Shown one piece after another: positions 16,656 to 23,076 of a DNA stretch of 23,076 bases. This DNA comes from a phage: assembly GCA_025289735.1 (NCBI GenBank), contig GCA_025289735.1_4764.2. One strand, written 5' to 3'. Position 1 is the stretch's first letter; each line of letters starts with the position of its first letter. The position numbers and the translations under genes were made by a program. Under the pieces are notes generated by a model. The model searched no databases and was not told the origin of the DNA. It saw only the letters and a list, made by a program, of their open reading frames with translations.

Positions 16656-17147
16656 ATGAATATTGACATTGATTTAGAATTAGAAAGTAAAGATTTGATT
16701 TATGCTGCGTGTGTATCTGCCGTAAATGGCATCATAGAACGCCGTAAGCGACGCAATTTTGCTGATGACCTAGATTCCATTGTCTCAATCAATTTAGGCC
16801 GTCAGACAGGGCATACAGACGCTACAATCAAGTTATATGACCATTATACGCGAAAGGGCTATAGTGTCTTTATCGTTTCAACGACGCGGGAACATGCCAA
16901 AACGATCCGAGATCGCGGTCGCGGTGAAAATGTAAATATTTCAAATGTAGATTGTACGTCTATCCGAACTTTCCTGAATCCGATCACATGGCGAGGTCGT
17001 AGTCTTGACAAAACAATTTTTATCCTAGATACTACCATGCGCGGATTTACTGACAGCGTATTGCAGTTTTTAGAAGTAAATCGACTTAGTGTTGGGATGG
17101 GTAATGTAGAAGACCAACCTATTTTCATTGGCTTAGGTATTAACTAA
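16656..17147 (+). CDS. hypothetical protein (163 aa)
   Basis: ORF with GGAG RBS; no recognised homolog. Confidence 0.6.
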   Translation: MNIDIDLELESKDLIYAACVSAVNGIIERRKRRNFADDLDSIVSINLGRQTGHTDATIKLYDHYTRKGYSVFIVSTTREHAKTIRDRGRGENVNISNVDCTSIRTFLNPITWRGRSLDKTIFILDTTMRGFTDSVLQFLEVNRLSVGMGNVEDQPIFIGLGIN

Positions 17148-17272
17148 TGAAAAATAAAGATAGCGTAGCTCGTCGATTTCGTGCTACAATTAAAAAGAAT
17201 CGTAAAATCCAACCTGATAAACTCTATGGTGTTTTGGTTGGTAAAATTAATGACGAACGTCCTGATCTATAA
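17147..17272 (+). CDS. possible small basic protein (41 aa)
   Basis: ATG overlaps the upstream stop (TAATG); translation MKNKDSVARRFRATIKKNRKIQPDKLYGVLVGKINDERPDL. Not in the ORF track (below 60 aa). Confidence 0.35.
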   Translation: MKNKDSVARRFRATIKKNRKIQPDKLYGVLVGKINDERPDL

Positions 17273-17282
17273 GAGGTGAATT

Positions 17283-17699
17283 ATGGAATTTAAAGCAATT
17301 CAAATCATGAAAGGTGAGCATAAAGGTACTATTATTGGTGGACACTTCGCGCCTATGATTCTGGTATCCGAACCGAAAGCACTGATCGGCGCTAAAGTAA
17401 TTGTTAGTAAAACTTTCGCAGAAGACCATGTGATCACCGCAGAAGACGTCGATTCGCTGGCACTGCACACAACTAGCTTCCGTCCGGTGATTGTAGATAA
17501 TGGTGCTCCTGTTGTCGAAGGAGGTCAGCACGCGAATATCAATGTGATGAGTCGCGATCTTCTTCTTGATGCGGTTGCTAATCCTGATAAGTATCCGCAA
17601 CTAACCATTCGCGTTAGCGGATATGCCGTAAGATTCAATAGTCTGACTCCAGACCAACAACGTGATGTTATTTCGCGCACCTTTACGGAAGCAATGTAA
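17283..17699 (+). CDS. grcA: autonomous glycyl radical cofactor (GrcA/YfiD-like)
   Basis: 138 aa; C-terminal [60 protein letters not shown] is near-identical to E. coli GrcA and contains the RVSGY glycyl-radical motif. AAGAGGTGA RBS. Confidence 0.85.
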   Translation: MEFKAIQIMKGEHKGTIIGGHFAPMILVSEPKALIGAKVIVSKTFAEDHVITAEDVDSLALHTTSFRPVIVDNGAPVVEGGQHANINVMSRDLLLDAVANPDKYPQLTIRVSGYAVRFNSLTPDQQRDVISRTFTEAM

Positions 17700-17705
17700 A
17701 TTTTT

Positions 17706-17738
17706 AAGCCAATCCGAAAGGGTTGGCTTTATTTTTAT
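17706..17738 (+). terminator. rho-independent terminator after the grcA-like gene
   Basis: AGCCAATCC-GAAA-GGGTTGGCT followed by TTATTTTTAT. Confidence 0.75.
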
Positions 17739-17746
17739 GAGGTGAT

Positions 17747-18277
17747 ATGATGATTAAAAGATATTGTGATGACCATCCGGTCGAAGAGTGGAAAGTGATT
17801 GAGGATCTTTATCCGTTAACTCATTTTGAGATTAGTTCTCATGGTAGGGTTAGAAACTCCATAACAGGAAAATACTTGTCTATTGTAGACACGAAAGATT
17901 ATACTAAAGTTTCTTTTAAACATCGCCCCAGCAAAACACATAGAACGTTAAACATGCATAGAATGATGGCGGTTGCGTTTATTCCGAATCCAAACAACTA
18001 CCGTGTAGTTAACCATAAGGACGGAAACAAACGAAACTATGATCTTTATAATCTTGAATGGACTACAGACACACGAAATCTTGTTCATGCAAAGGAAGAA
18101 GGATTAAACAAAAATTGGGGCGAGAACCACGGAAACGCAAAACTAACAGATGAACAGGTGAAAGAGATTTTAGATTCTCCGCATATGAAGGGCGTAGAGC
18201 TTGCAAGAAAATATAATGTTTCACCGTCTGCTATTTGTCAGATTCGAAAAGGCGTTCGACGTAACGTAAAATACTAA
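17747..18277 (+). CDS. HNH homing endonuclease (NUMOD4-like N-terminus, HNH_3 core, C-terminal HTH)
   Basis: HFEISSHGRVRN (NUMOD4-like); HRMMAVAFIPNP..VNHKDGNKRNYDLYNLEW (HNH); NAKLTDEQVKEI...ARKYNVSPSAICQIRKG (DNA-binding). Confidence 0.8.
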   Translation: MMIKRYCDDHPVEEWKVIEDLYPLTHFEISSHGRVRNSITGKYLSIVDTKDYTKVSFKHRPSKTHRTLNMHRMMAVAFIPNPNNYRVVNHKDGNKRNYDLYNLEWTTDTRNLVHAKEEGLNKNWGENHGNAKLTDEQVKEILDSPHMKGVELARKYNVSPSAICQIRKGVRRNVKY

Positions 18278-18290
18278 TGAGGGTTTAATT

Positions 18291-18989
18291 ATGCATACAA
18301 TGGTTAAAATGGTCTTCGGATCTCACTTGTACGGCCTTGATACTGAAAATTCAGATAAAGATTATCGTGGTATCTTTGTTCCGACTGCTAAAGAAATTAT
18401 CTTAGGATCGATGAAAGAACACTATGACCAAAGCACTAGCGGTCAAGGTATCAAGAACACCAAAGACGATATTGATGTTAATATGTTCAGTCTAAAACGG
18501 TTTATCAATCTGGCATGTAAAGGCGATATCGGCGCTATTGACATGGTGCACGCGCCTAGTAACATGTTGATTGAATCCTCCAGAGAATGGGAATACATCC
18601 GAACACATCGCGATAAATTCTATCATGTTGGGATGTGGGGTTTGTCTGGCTATCTCAAAAAGCAGGTAGCCAAATCTGAAAAGTATTTCAGTAACTGGAA
18701 AGATCTTTCTCATGCTCTGCGTGTTGGTTATCAGCTACTTGAAATCTATCAGACAGGTGATCTACAATTCCCGCTCGCGCGACGTTCTTCTATTTTAGCG
18801 TGTAAGTTAGGAGAAAGAACCTTTGATAATGTGCGGGAAGAATTGAAAGATCTCTACGAGCGTGTTAAACTCGCGCGTGAAGAGGCAAAGAAAAACGGTA
18901 TGCCGGAAGAACCAGATGTTGACTTTTGGAAAGATTTATTAGAATATATTCATCTGACCGTTGTTCTGGAACACTATACCCGTGGTTAG
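18291..18989 (+). CDS. Pol-beta superfamily nucleotidyltransferase (RlaP/YcgL-like), function unknown
   Basis: 232 aa; N-terminal VFGSHLYGLDTENSDKDYRGIF fits the hG[GS]-x(9-13)-DxD nucleotidyltransferase signature. Confidence 0.6.
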   Translation: MHTMVKMVFGSHLYGLDTENSDKDYRGIFVPTAKEIILGSMKEHYDQSTSGQGIKNTKDDIDVNMFSLKRFINLACKGDIGAIDMVHAPSNMLIESSREWEYIRTHRDKFYHVGMWGLSGYLKKQVAKSEKYFSNWKDLSHALRVGYQLLEIYQTGDLQFPLARRSSILACKLGERTFDNVREELKDLYERVKLAREEAKKNGMPEEPDVDFWKDLLEYIHLTVVLEHYTRG

Positions 18990-19010
18990 TTAATATAGGA
19001 GATTAAGAAA

Positions 19011-19205
19011 ATGAAAGTTTATACCAATAGCAATAAAGGACAAGATATTACGCCAGGAAAGATGTATGATTTTACCCCGACACGAGACTACGAAAATCCA
19101 CCGACAATCGGTTACATCAAAGATGATATAGGTTATCGTATTACGATCCTTCTTGATGGTGGATGTTCTCATCTTCGCGGTGATAAATGGGAGTTAGTAC
19201 CATGA
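19011..19205 (+). CDS. small protein, paralog family member A (64 aa)
   Basis: Shares Y.(F/Y)TP...GYI.DD.G..I.I.L...C.HL.G..W.L with the next two ORFs. Confidence 0.6.
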   Translation: MKVYTNSNKGQDITPGKMYDFTPTRDYENPPTIGYIKDDIGYRITILLDGGCSHLRGDKWELVP

Positions 19206-19447
19206 TGTATGTGATGACACCTTATAGTAACCGCAAGTATATTACACCAAATACACTGTATGAATATACACCACATGAAAGATTTTCGAATAGTGGTTAT
19301 ATCCGTGATGATAAGGGACACCAGATTTTTATTTGTCTTAAAAATTGTGCACACTTAGACGGTCGAACCTGGACACTGATCGAAGAACCAAAACAACCTG
19401 AGAATAAAGGTCTTTGGAATGTGCTAAAAAAATTCTTGAAAAAGTAG
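19202..19447 (+). CDS. small protein, paralog family member B (81 aa)
   Basis: ATG 19202 overlapping the upstream stop; motif ITPNTLYEYTP...GYIRDDKGHQIFICLKNCAHLDGRTW. Confidence 0.6.
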   Translation: MMYVMTPYSNRKYITPNTLYEYTPHERFSNSGYIRDDKGHQIFICLKNCAHLDGRTWTLIEEPKQPENKGLWNVLKKFLKK

Positions 19448-19476
19448 TTGACAGCATGAAACGGGGGTAGTAATAT
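19448..19476 (+). promoter_or_regulatory. early promoter module copy 6 (TTGACA-17-TAATAT) with inverted repeat over the -10
   Basis: TTGACA 19448-19453; GGGGGTA/TACCCCC inverted repeat (19463-19482); leader ATCGAAACAACAAAGGAG. Near-identical to copy 2. Confidence 0.65.
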
Positions 19477-19507
19477 ACCCCCATCGAAACAACAAAGGAG
19501 TATTAAA

Positions 19508-19843
19508 ATGAGTGTTAAAGAAGTGTTTGTTTATACCGACTATGACGGGTGCGCCTATCTCACTGCTGGAAAACTTTACCGTTGTGAGATTATTCATGGT
19601 ACGCTAGGTCGAATTATGTGCGATCCTATTACAAAATTGTGGAAAAATAATCCTAGTGAGCGAGAAACTCTTATTAACCTAGATCCAGACGGTTGTTCAC
19701 ACTTGGGCTATAGAAAATGGCATATAGTTACACATGATGCTTATGGTATTCATCTTGCTACTAAAGAATTAACTATTGACAAGTTCAAGTTTAAAGAAAT
19801 CCCGTTTGTATACTGGCTTCGCAATTTGTTTAAGAAAGGATAA
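19508..19843 (+). CDS. small protein, paralog family member C (111 aa)
   Basis: Contains DPDGCSHLGYRKWHIV, matching the C.HL.G..W motif of the two upstream paralogs, with an extended C-terminus. Confidence 0.6.
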   Translation: MSVKEVFVYTDYDGCAYLTAGKLYRCEIIHGTLGRIMCDPITKLWKNNPSERETLINLDPDGCSHLGYRKWHIVTHDAYGIHLATKELTIDKFKFKEIPFVYWLRNLFKKG

Positions 19844-19847
19844 TAAA

Positions 19848-20270
19848 ATGGAAACAATTAACGTACATGTTCGCCGTAGTAAGCTGCGTAGATTCTTCGA
19901 AACCGAAATGCGCAAAACCAATGCGCAGATCAAAGAAAAGTGTTTGAATGATGGTTATGGTGAGTATATTTTCATTCGCTTTAGTCCGCATATGATCGAC
20001 CGTCTAACCGATCGTCATATCGATGAACATAAGACAATGGAACTATTCAATAAGATAGAAACTCGTTTGCCAGAGATCTTCGACTTCCTGAAAATGGAAG
20101 ACCGACCGAATCGATTAGAAATTACTGACGGTAACATGTGGATCGGGATGACAGTAGATCTAATCGAAGAGGGTAAGCCATATCACGGTCTATGCTGCCG
20201 AATGATTATAGAGAATCCAAAACGACTGGCGGGTAAAATGTCGGCGGTTGTTTTGAAGGTAGACCAATAA
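19848..20270 (+). CDS. regB: RegB sequence-specific endoribonuclease
   Basis: 140 aa from ATG 19848 (the track start 19776 is over-extended). Similar to T4 RegB as recalled: V.IRR.KLRR.FE.E.R..N..I.E, RLEITDGN.W.G.TV, CRM.I.N..RL.GK.S..V.K. Confidence 0.8.
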   Translation: METINVHVRRSKLRRFFETEMRKTNAQIKEKCLNDGYGEYIFIRFSPHMIDRLTDRHIDEHKTMELFNKIETRLPEIFDFLKMEDRPNRLEITDGNMWIGMTVDLIEEGKPYHGLCCRMIIENPKRLAGKMSAVVLKVDQ

Positions 20271-20293
20271 TGGAAATTGGTTAAAAATAATGC

Positions 20294-20322
20294 TTGACTT
20301 TCTGGTGATAGGGCTATATTAT
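20294..20322 (+). promoter_or_regulatory. sigma70-like promoter (TTGACT-17-TATTAT)
   Basis: TTGACT 20294-20299, TATTAT 20317-20322, upstream of the signal-peptide lytic transglycosylase gene. An overlapping TGCTTGA resembles a MotA box but its spacing is off. Confidence 0.45.
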
Positions 20323-20356
20323 GGAATCAGAAAGTTAAGCCAAACAGGAGAAATTA

Positions 20357-20947
20357 ATGTTAAAAGTTCTAAAAGCGATAGTATTGAGTCTGTCACTAGC
20401 CGTTGGTGCTACACACGCATCGACTAGCGCACCGATCAAAAAAGCGCCGATAGACAACTTTACAGCACACCAACTAGATAATTTACATTTCGCCTATCAA
20501 TACGGCGAGCAATTCGAGAAAAGCGGTAAGTTGAAAAAGTACCATCCGAATATTCGCTATAACGGAAAGGGTTTAGGTCACATCCTGGCGGGTATCGCAT
20601 GGCAAGAATCAAGCGCGGGTGCAAACTTAGCACCAAAGAAAAATCATCATGCTTATGGATTATTTCAAAATTACCTTAAAACGGTGAAAGCGAAAAATGC
20701 AAAGCGCGGTGTTAAAATGAGTGATCGCCAGACTATCAACTTTATCATGAATCGCGAGGTTTCTGCATTCTACGCGATGGATGAGTTAGCATACTGGCTG
20801 GATGTTCGAAACGGTAATATCCGACTCGCGCTAGCTTCTTACAATGCTGGATGGAACTATAAAGCCGGGTTAGGCTATGCTGATGACGTACTAAAAAAGG
20901 CTAACCATCTAAAGAGTAAAGGCATTCTTAAGACTAAACGCTATTGA
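20357..20947 (+). CDS. secreted lytic transglycosylase (SLT domain) with Sec signal peptide
   Basis: N-terminal MLKVLKAIVLSLSLAVGATHA-ST signal peptide; SLT motifs AGIAWQESS (catalytic E-S), YGLFQ and ASYNAG. Confidence 0.75.
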   Translation: MLKVLKAIVLSLSLAVGATHASTSAPIKKAPIDNFTAHQLDNLHFAYQYGEQFEKSGKLKKYHPNIRYNGKGLGHILAGIAWQESSAGANLAPKKNHHAYGLFQNYLKTVKAKNAKRGVKMSDRQTINFIMNREVSAFYAMDELAYWLDVRNGNIRLALASYNAGWNYKAGLGYADDVLKKANHLKSKGILKTKRY

Positions 20948-20954
20948 GGAATAT

Positions 20955-21314
20955 ATGAAAAAGTTGACAATAATTGCTATGATTGCTATGATGTTCTCGG
21001 CTGGTGCGCTTGCTAGTAATGAGCGCCCTTATCCAAAGTTTGAATACAAAGGATTTGAGATCAACAAAAAGATCATTAAAACTTTCTGTGATGATGATAA
21101 CATGTGTAGTGATTTTATCGCGCTCGAACTTGATGAAGCATACAAACAAGGTCGAGACGAAAAACGAAAAAATCGAGCGTGGGATCTGAGTATTGCCAGC
21201 TTTGCTAAAACAAAACGCAACCTTTGTGATACTGCCCCTGATAAGCAATTATGCTTTGCTTATCGCGACACACTGTTAAGCCGTTTTATGGCTGGGTTGT
21301 CTTCCCGTGACTAA
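20955..21314 (+). CDS. periplasmic protein with signal peptide (119 aa), unknown function
   Basis: MKKLTIIAMIAMMFSAGALA-SN signal peptide; four Cys in the mature part; directly downstream of the SLT gene. Confidence 0.6.
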   Translation: MKKLTIIAMIAMMFSAGALASNERPYPKFEYKGFEINKKIIKTFCDDDNMCSDFIALELDEAYKQGRDEKRKNRAWDLSIASFAKTKRNLCDTAPDKQLCFAYRDTLLSRFMAGLSSRD

Positions 21315-21329
21315 TGAGAGGTTTATATT

Positions 21330-21785
21330 ATGATTATTGATACTGTAAAGGGCGATCTCATCGCCCTGTTTAAACAAGGAAACGGTCATTTAATTCATGG
21401 TTGTAATTGTTTTCATACTATGGGTGCTGGTATTGCTGCAAAGATCGCGAAAGAGTTCCCGCAAGCGTTAGAGATTGACAAGCAAACTTCTCGCGGTAAG
21501 GTAGAAAAGCTGGGTGGGTTTAGTGTCTGGACGCATCAAGTTAATGGTTATAACTGGTGCGGGGTGAATCTATATACCCAATTCCGACCGGGTCCAAATG
21601 CTGAATATGGTGCTATCCTGAAAGGATTTGAGACTATCAATGATGTTTTTGAAGGTGCTATACAGCCTTTCTATATTCCTAAAATCGGTTGCGGTATCGG
21701 TGGCCTTGAGTGGGAATGTGTAGAAGAGATCATTAATATTGCTACTCCAGACATTAACATTGTGGTGGTTGAATATGACAAATAA
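21330..21785 (+). CDS. macrodomain protein, TARG1/OARD1/DarG-like (putative ADP-ribose hydrolase)
   Basis: 151 aa; GDLIALFKQGNGHLIHGCNCFHTMGAGIAAKIAKEFP and PKIGCGIGGLEWECVEEIINIA...INIVVVEY parallel human TARG1 segments (GDLF..C......AHCIS.DCRMGAGIA..FK..F; MPRIGCGLDRLQWENV..MIEEVF....I.I.VY). Confidence 0.6.
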   Translation: MIIDTVKGDLIALFKQGNGHLIHGCNCFHTMGAGIAAKIAKEFPQALEIDKQTSRGKVEKLGGFSVWTHQVNGYNWCGVNLYTQFRPGPNAEYGAILKGFETINDVFEGAIQPFYIPKIGCGIGGLEWECVEEIINIATPDINIVVVEYDK

Positions 21786-21969
21786 AAATGATCTATATTC
21801 CGGTGATTGGGTGAAACGTCAGTCTGTAGAAAACGTAACTTGTTTTCGTTGTTTCACTGAATACAATATAAAAACCGCTCCTGTTAGTGTTCCAAAGACA
21901 GACGGGTATTATATTAAAGAACCGCATTGCCCTAAATGTAAATGTCGATTATATTGGAGTCATCTATGA
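21775..21969 (+). CDS. small zinc-ribbon protein (64 aa)
   Basis: ATG 21775 (track start over-extended); C-x2-C ... C-x2-C pattern (CFRCF ... CPKCKC). Confidence 0.5.
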   Translation: MTNKNDLYSGDWVKRQSVENVTCFRCFTEYNIKTAPVSVPKTDGYYIKEPHCPKCKCRLYWSHL

Positions 21970-22184
21970 AGAAGCCGAATACCGCTCACATGAAAGAAAA
22001 CTGCCGATGTGTTAGATGTGGTTGGCCTATTATATTCACTTGCTGTAACGACGATATGCAGCGTTTACCGTGGGGAATGTGGGATTGGTGGATGTATTGC
22101 AGCAATAAAGGTTGTGACCATCATGAAGGTGAAGGAGTCTTTCAGGAAACACCTGATTGGGTGGAGGTGATAGAAAATGCTTGA
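21966..22184 (+). CDS. small Cys/His/Trp-rich protein (72 aa), probable zinc binding
   Basis: ATG 21966 overlapping the upstream stop; CRCVRCGW...CCNDD...CSNKGCDHHEGEG. Confidence 0.5.
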   Translation: MKKPNTAHMKENCRCVRCGWPIIFTCCNDDMQRLPWGMWDWWMYCSNKGCDHHEGEGVFQETPDWVEVIENA

Positions 22185-22470
22185 GACTATCATTAATCTT
22201 GTTGTGTGGACTTTTATTTTCGTTATTGTTATTATGGCTGGTATTGAGATTGTAAAACAATATCTATTGCAATCTCGAAATAAACATGTTGTAGTTGATA
22301 TGGACTCGCAAGGAAATAAACTGATCCGGTTAGAAGATGGTCGGGAATATTGGGTAGGTTATCCAAAGACACTACGCGGATTTATCTTTGCTATGGGTGT
22401 TTGCTTCTTTTTCCTTTGTATCTGGACTTATATCGGTTTAGGTCTTGTTGGATTTTTGGAGATTAATTAA
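22177..22470 (+). CDS. membrane protein (97 aa), two TM helices
   Basis: Hydrophobic N- and C-terminal segments flanking a soluble core; overlaps neighbours by a few nt. Confidence 0.55.
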   Translation: MLETIINLVVWTFIFVIVIMAGIEIVKQYLLQSRNKHVVVDMDSQGNKLIRLEDGREYWVGYPKTLRGFIFAMGVCFFFLCIWTYIGLGLVGFLEIN

Positions 22471-23066
22471 TGGCGCAATTATATTTCTACTATGCATCTA
22501 TGAACGCTGGCAAATCAACTTCCCTGTTACAAAGTGCTTATAACTATACCGAACGTGATATGCGAGTATTAATTCTTAAGCCAGCGATTGATAATCGAGA
22601 TTCAGAAAGTGAAGTCGTTTCCCGAATTGGTCTAAGTGCTCCAGCGATCACATTCACTAAATCAGATGATCTTTTCGATTTGGTTTATCGTGAATCACTA
22701 GGTAAGCGTAGACCAGATCGCTGGCGTCCTGATGCTGTGTTTGTAGACGAAGCCCAATTTATGACTAAAGAGCATGTTTTAGGCTTGTGTGCGCTTGTTG
22801 ATGATGCAAATATCCCTGTACTGTGCTATGGCCTTCGCACTGACTTTCAGGGCAATCTATTTGAAGGATCTGCGGCATTAATGGCATTTGCTGATAAACT
22901 GGTCGAAATGAAGGGTATTTGTCATTGTGGTAAGAAAGCAACAATGGTCCTTCGTGTAGATAAAGAGGGTAATGTTATTCGCGATGGTGCTCAAATAGAA
23001 GTTGGTGCAGAGGATAAATATGTTTCTGTGTGCCGTAAACATTTTATTGACGGTACTACCAAATAA
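22470..23066 (+). CDS. tk: thymidine kinase
   Basis: 198 aa; similar to T4 Tk as recalled: YAAMNAGKS.SLL..A.NY.ER.M.VL.LKPAID.RDS..EVVSRIG, VFVDEAQF, YGLRTDF.G.LFEGS..L.A.ADKL.E.K..CHCGKKA. Confidence 0.9.
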   Translation: MAQLYFYYASMNAGKSTSLLQSAYNYTERDMRVLILKPAIDNRDSESEVVSRIGLSAPAITFTKSDDLFDLVYRESLGKRRPDRWRPDAVFVDEAQFMTKEHVLGLCALVDDANIPVLCYGLRTDFQGNLFEGSAALMAFADKLVEMKGICHCGKKATMVLRVDKEGNVIRDGAQIEVGAEDKYVSVCRKHFIDGTTK

Positions 23067-23076
23067 GAGTTAATCA

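Noticed and set aside
20289-20297. MotA box (TGCTTGA) implying a T4 middle promoter
   Set aside because: The motif is present but its spacing to the best -10 (about 17-19 bp) is longer than the roughly 12 bp expected for MotA-dependent promoters; kept as a generic sigma70-like promoter.
1-23076. CRISPR arrays or tRNA genes
   Set aside because: No regularly spaced direct repeats with unique spacers anywhere, and no sequence with a canonical tRNA T-arm (GGTTCGAATCC-like) outside coding regions; tool confirmation not possible here.

Overview
The window reads as a contiguous segment of a T4-like (Tevenvirinae-type) myovirus genome, AT-rich and densely coding. All protein identifications rest on similarity to T4, T5, E. 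coli and human proteins recalled from memory plus motif inspection; no database search was run. Layout: (1) 1-2956, minus-strand replication/late-transcription block: gene 59 helicase loader (runs off the window edge), gp33, DsbA, an inserted CYTH-like protein, RNase H and a small ORF. (2) 2995-8716, plus-strand late block behind a TATAAATA late promoter: long tail fiber proximal subunit gp34 (1246 aa), a gp35-like protein and a 196-aa unassigned protein. (3) 8732-10148: dNMP kinase (gene 1), gp57A-like chaperone and a 57B/Acb1-like 2H phosphoesterase (anti-CBASS candidate). (4) 10190-15560, hyperplastic accessory region: six copies of a near-identical early promoter module (TTGACA-17-CATAAT/TAAGAT, shared leader ATCGAAACGAAAC, AGGAG RBS, several with an inverted repeat straddling the -10), resembling the promoter-early stem-loop (PeSL) cassettes described in T4-type phages, driving about 20 small ORFs, many of them tiny membrane proteins with overlapping stop/start codons. 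(5) 15583-18989: T5-type M15 peptidase endolysin, two free-standing HNH homing endonucleases flanking a GrcA/YfiD-like glycyl-radical cofactor gene, and a Pol-beta-type nucleotidyltransferase. (6) 19011-23066: three tandem paralogous small proteins, RegB endoribonuclease, a signal-peptide lytic transglycosylase with a periplasmic partner, a TARG1/DarG-like macrodomain protein, two zinc-ribbon mini-proteins, a membrane protein and thymidine kinase. No tRNA, rRNA or CRISPR array was found. The best candidates for undescribed biology are the macrodomain protein, the CYTH insertion, the nucleotidyltransferase, the paralog trio and the palindrome-bearing promoter cassettes.
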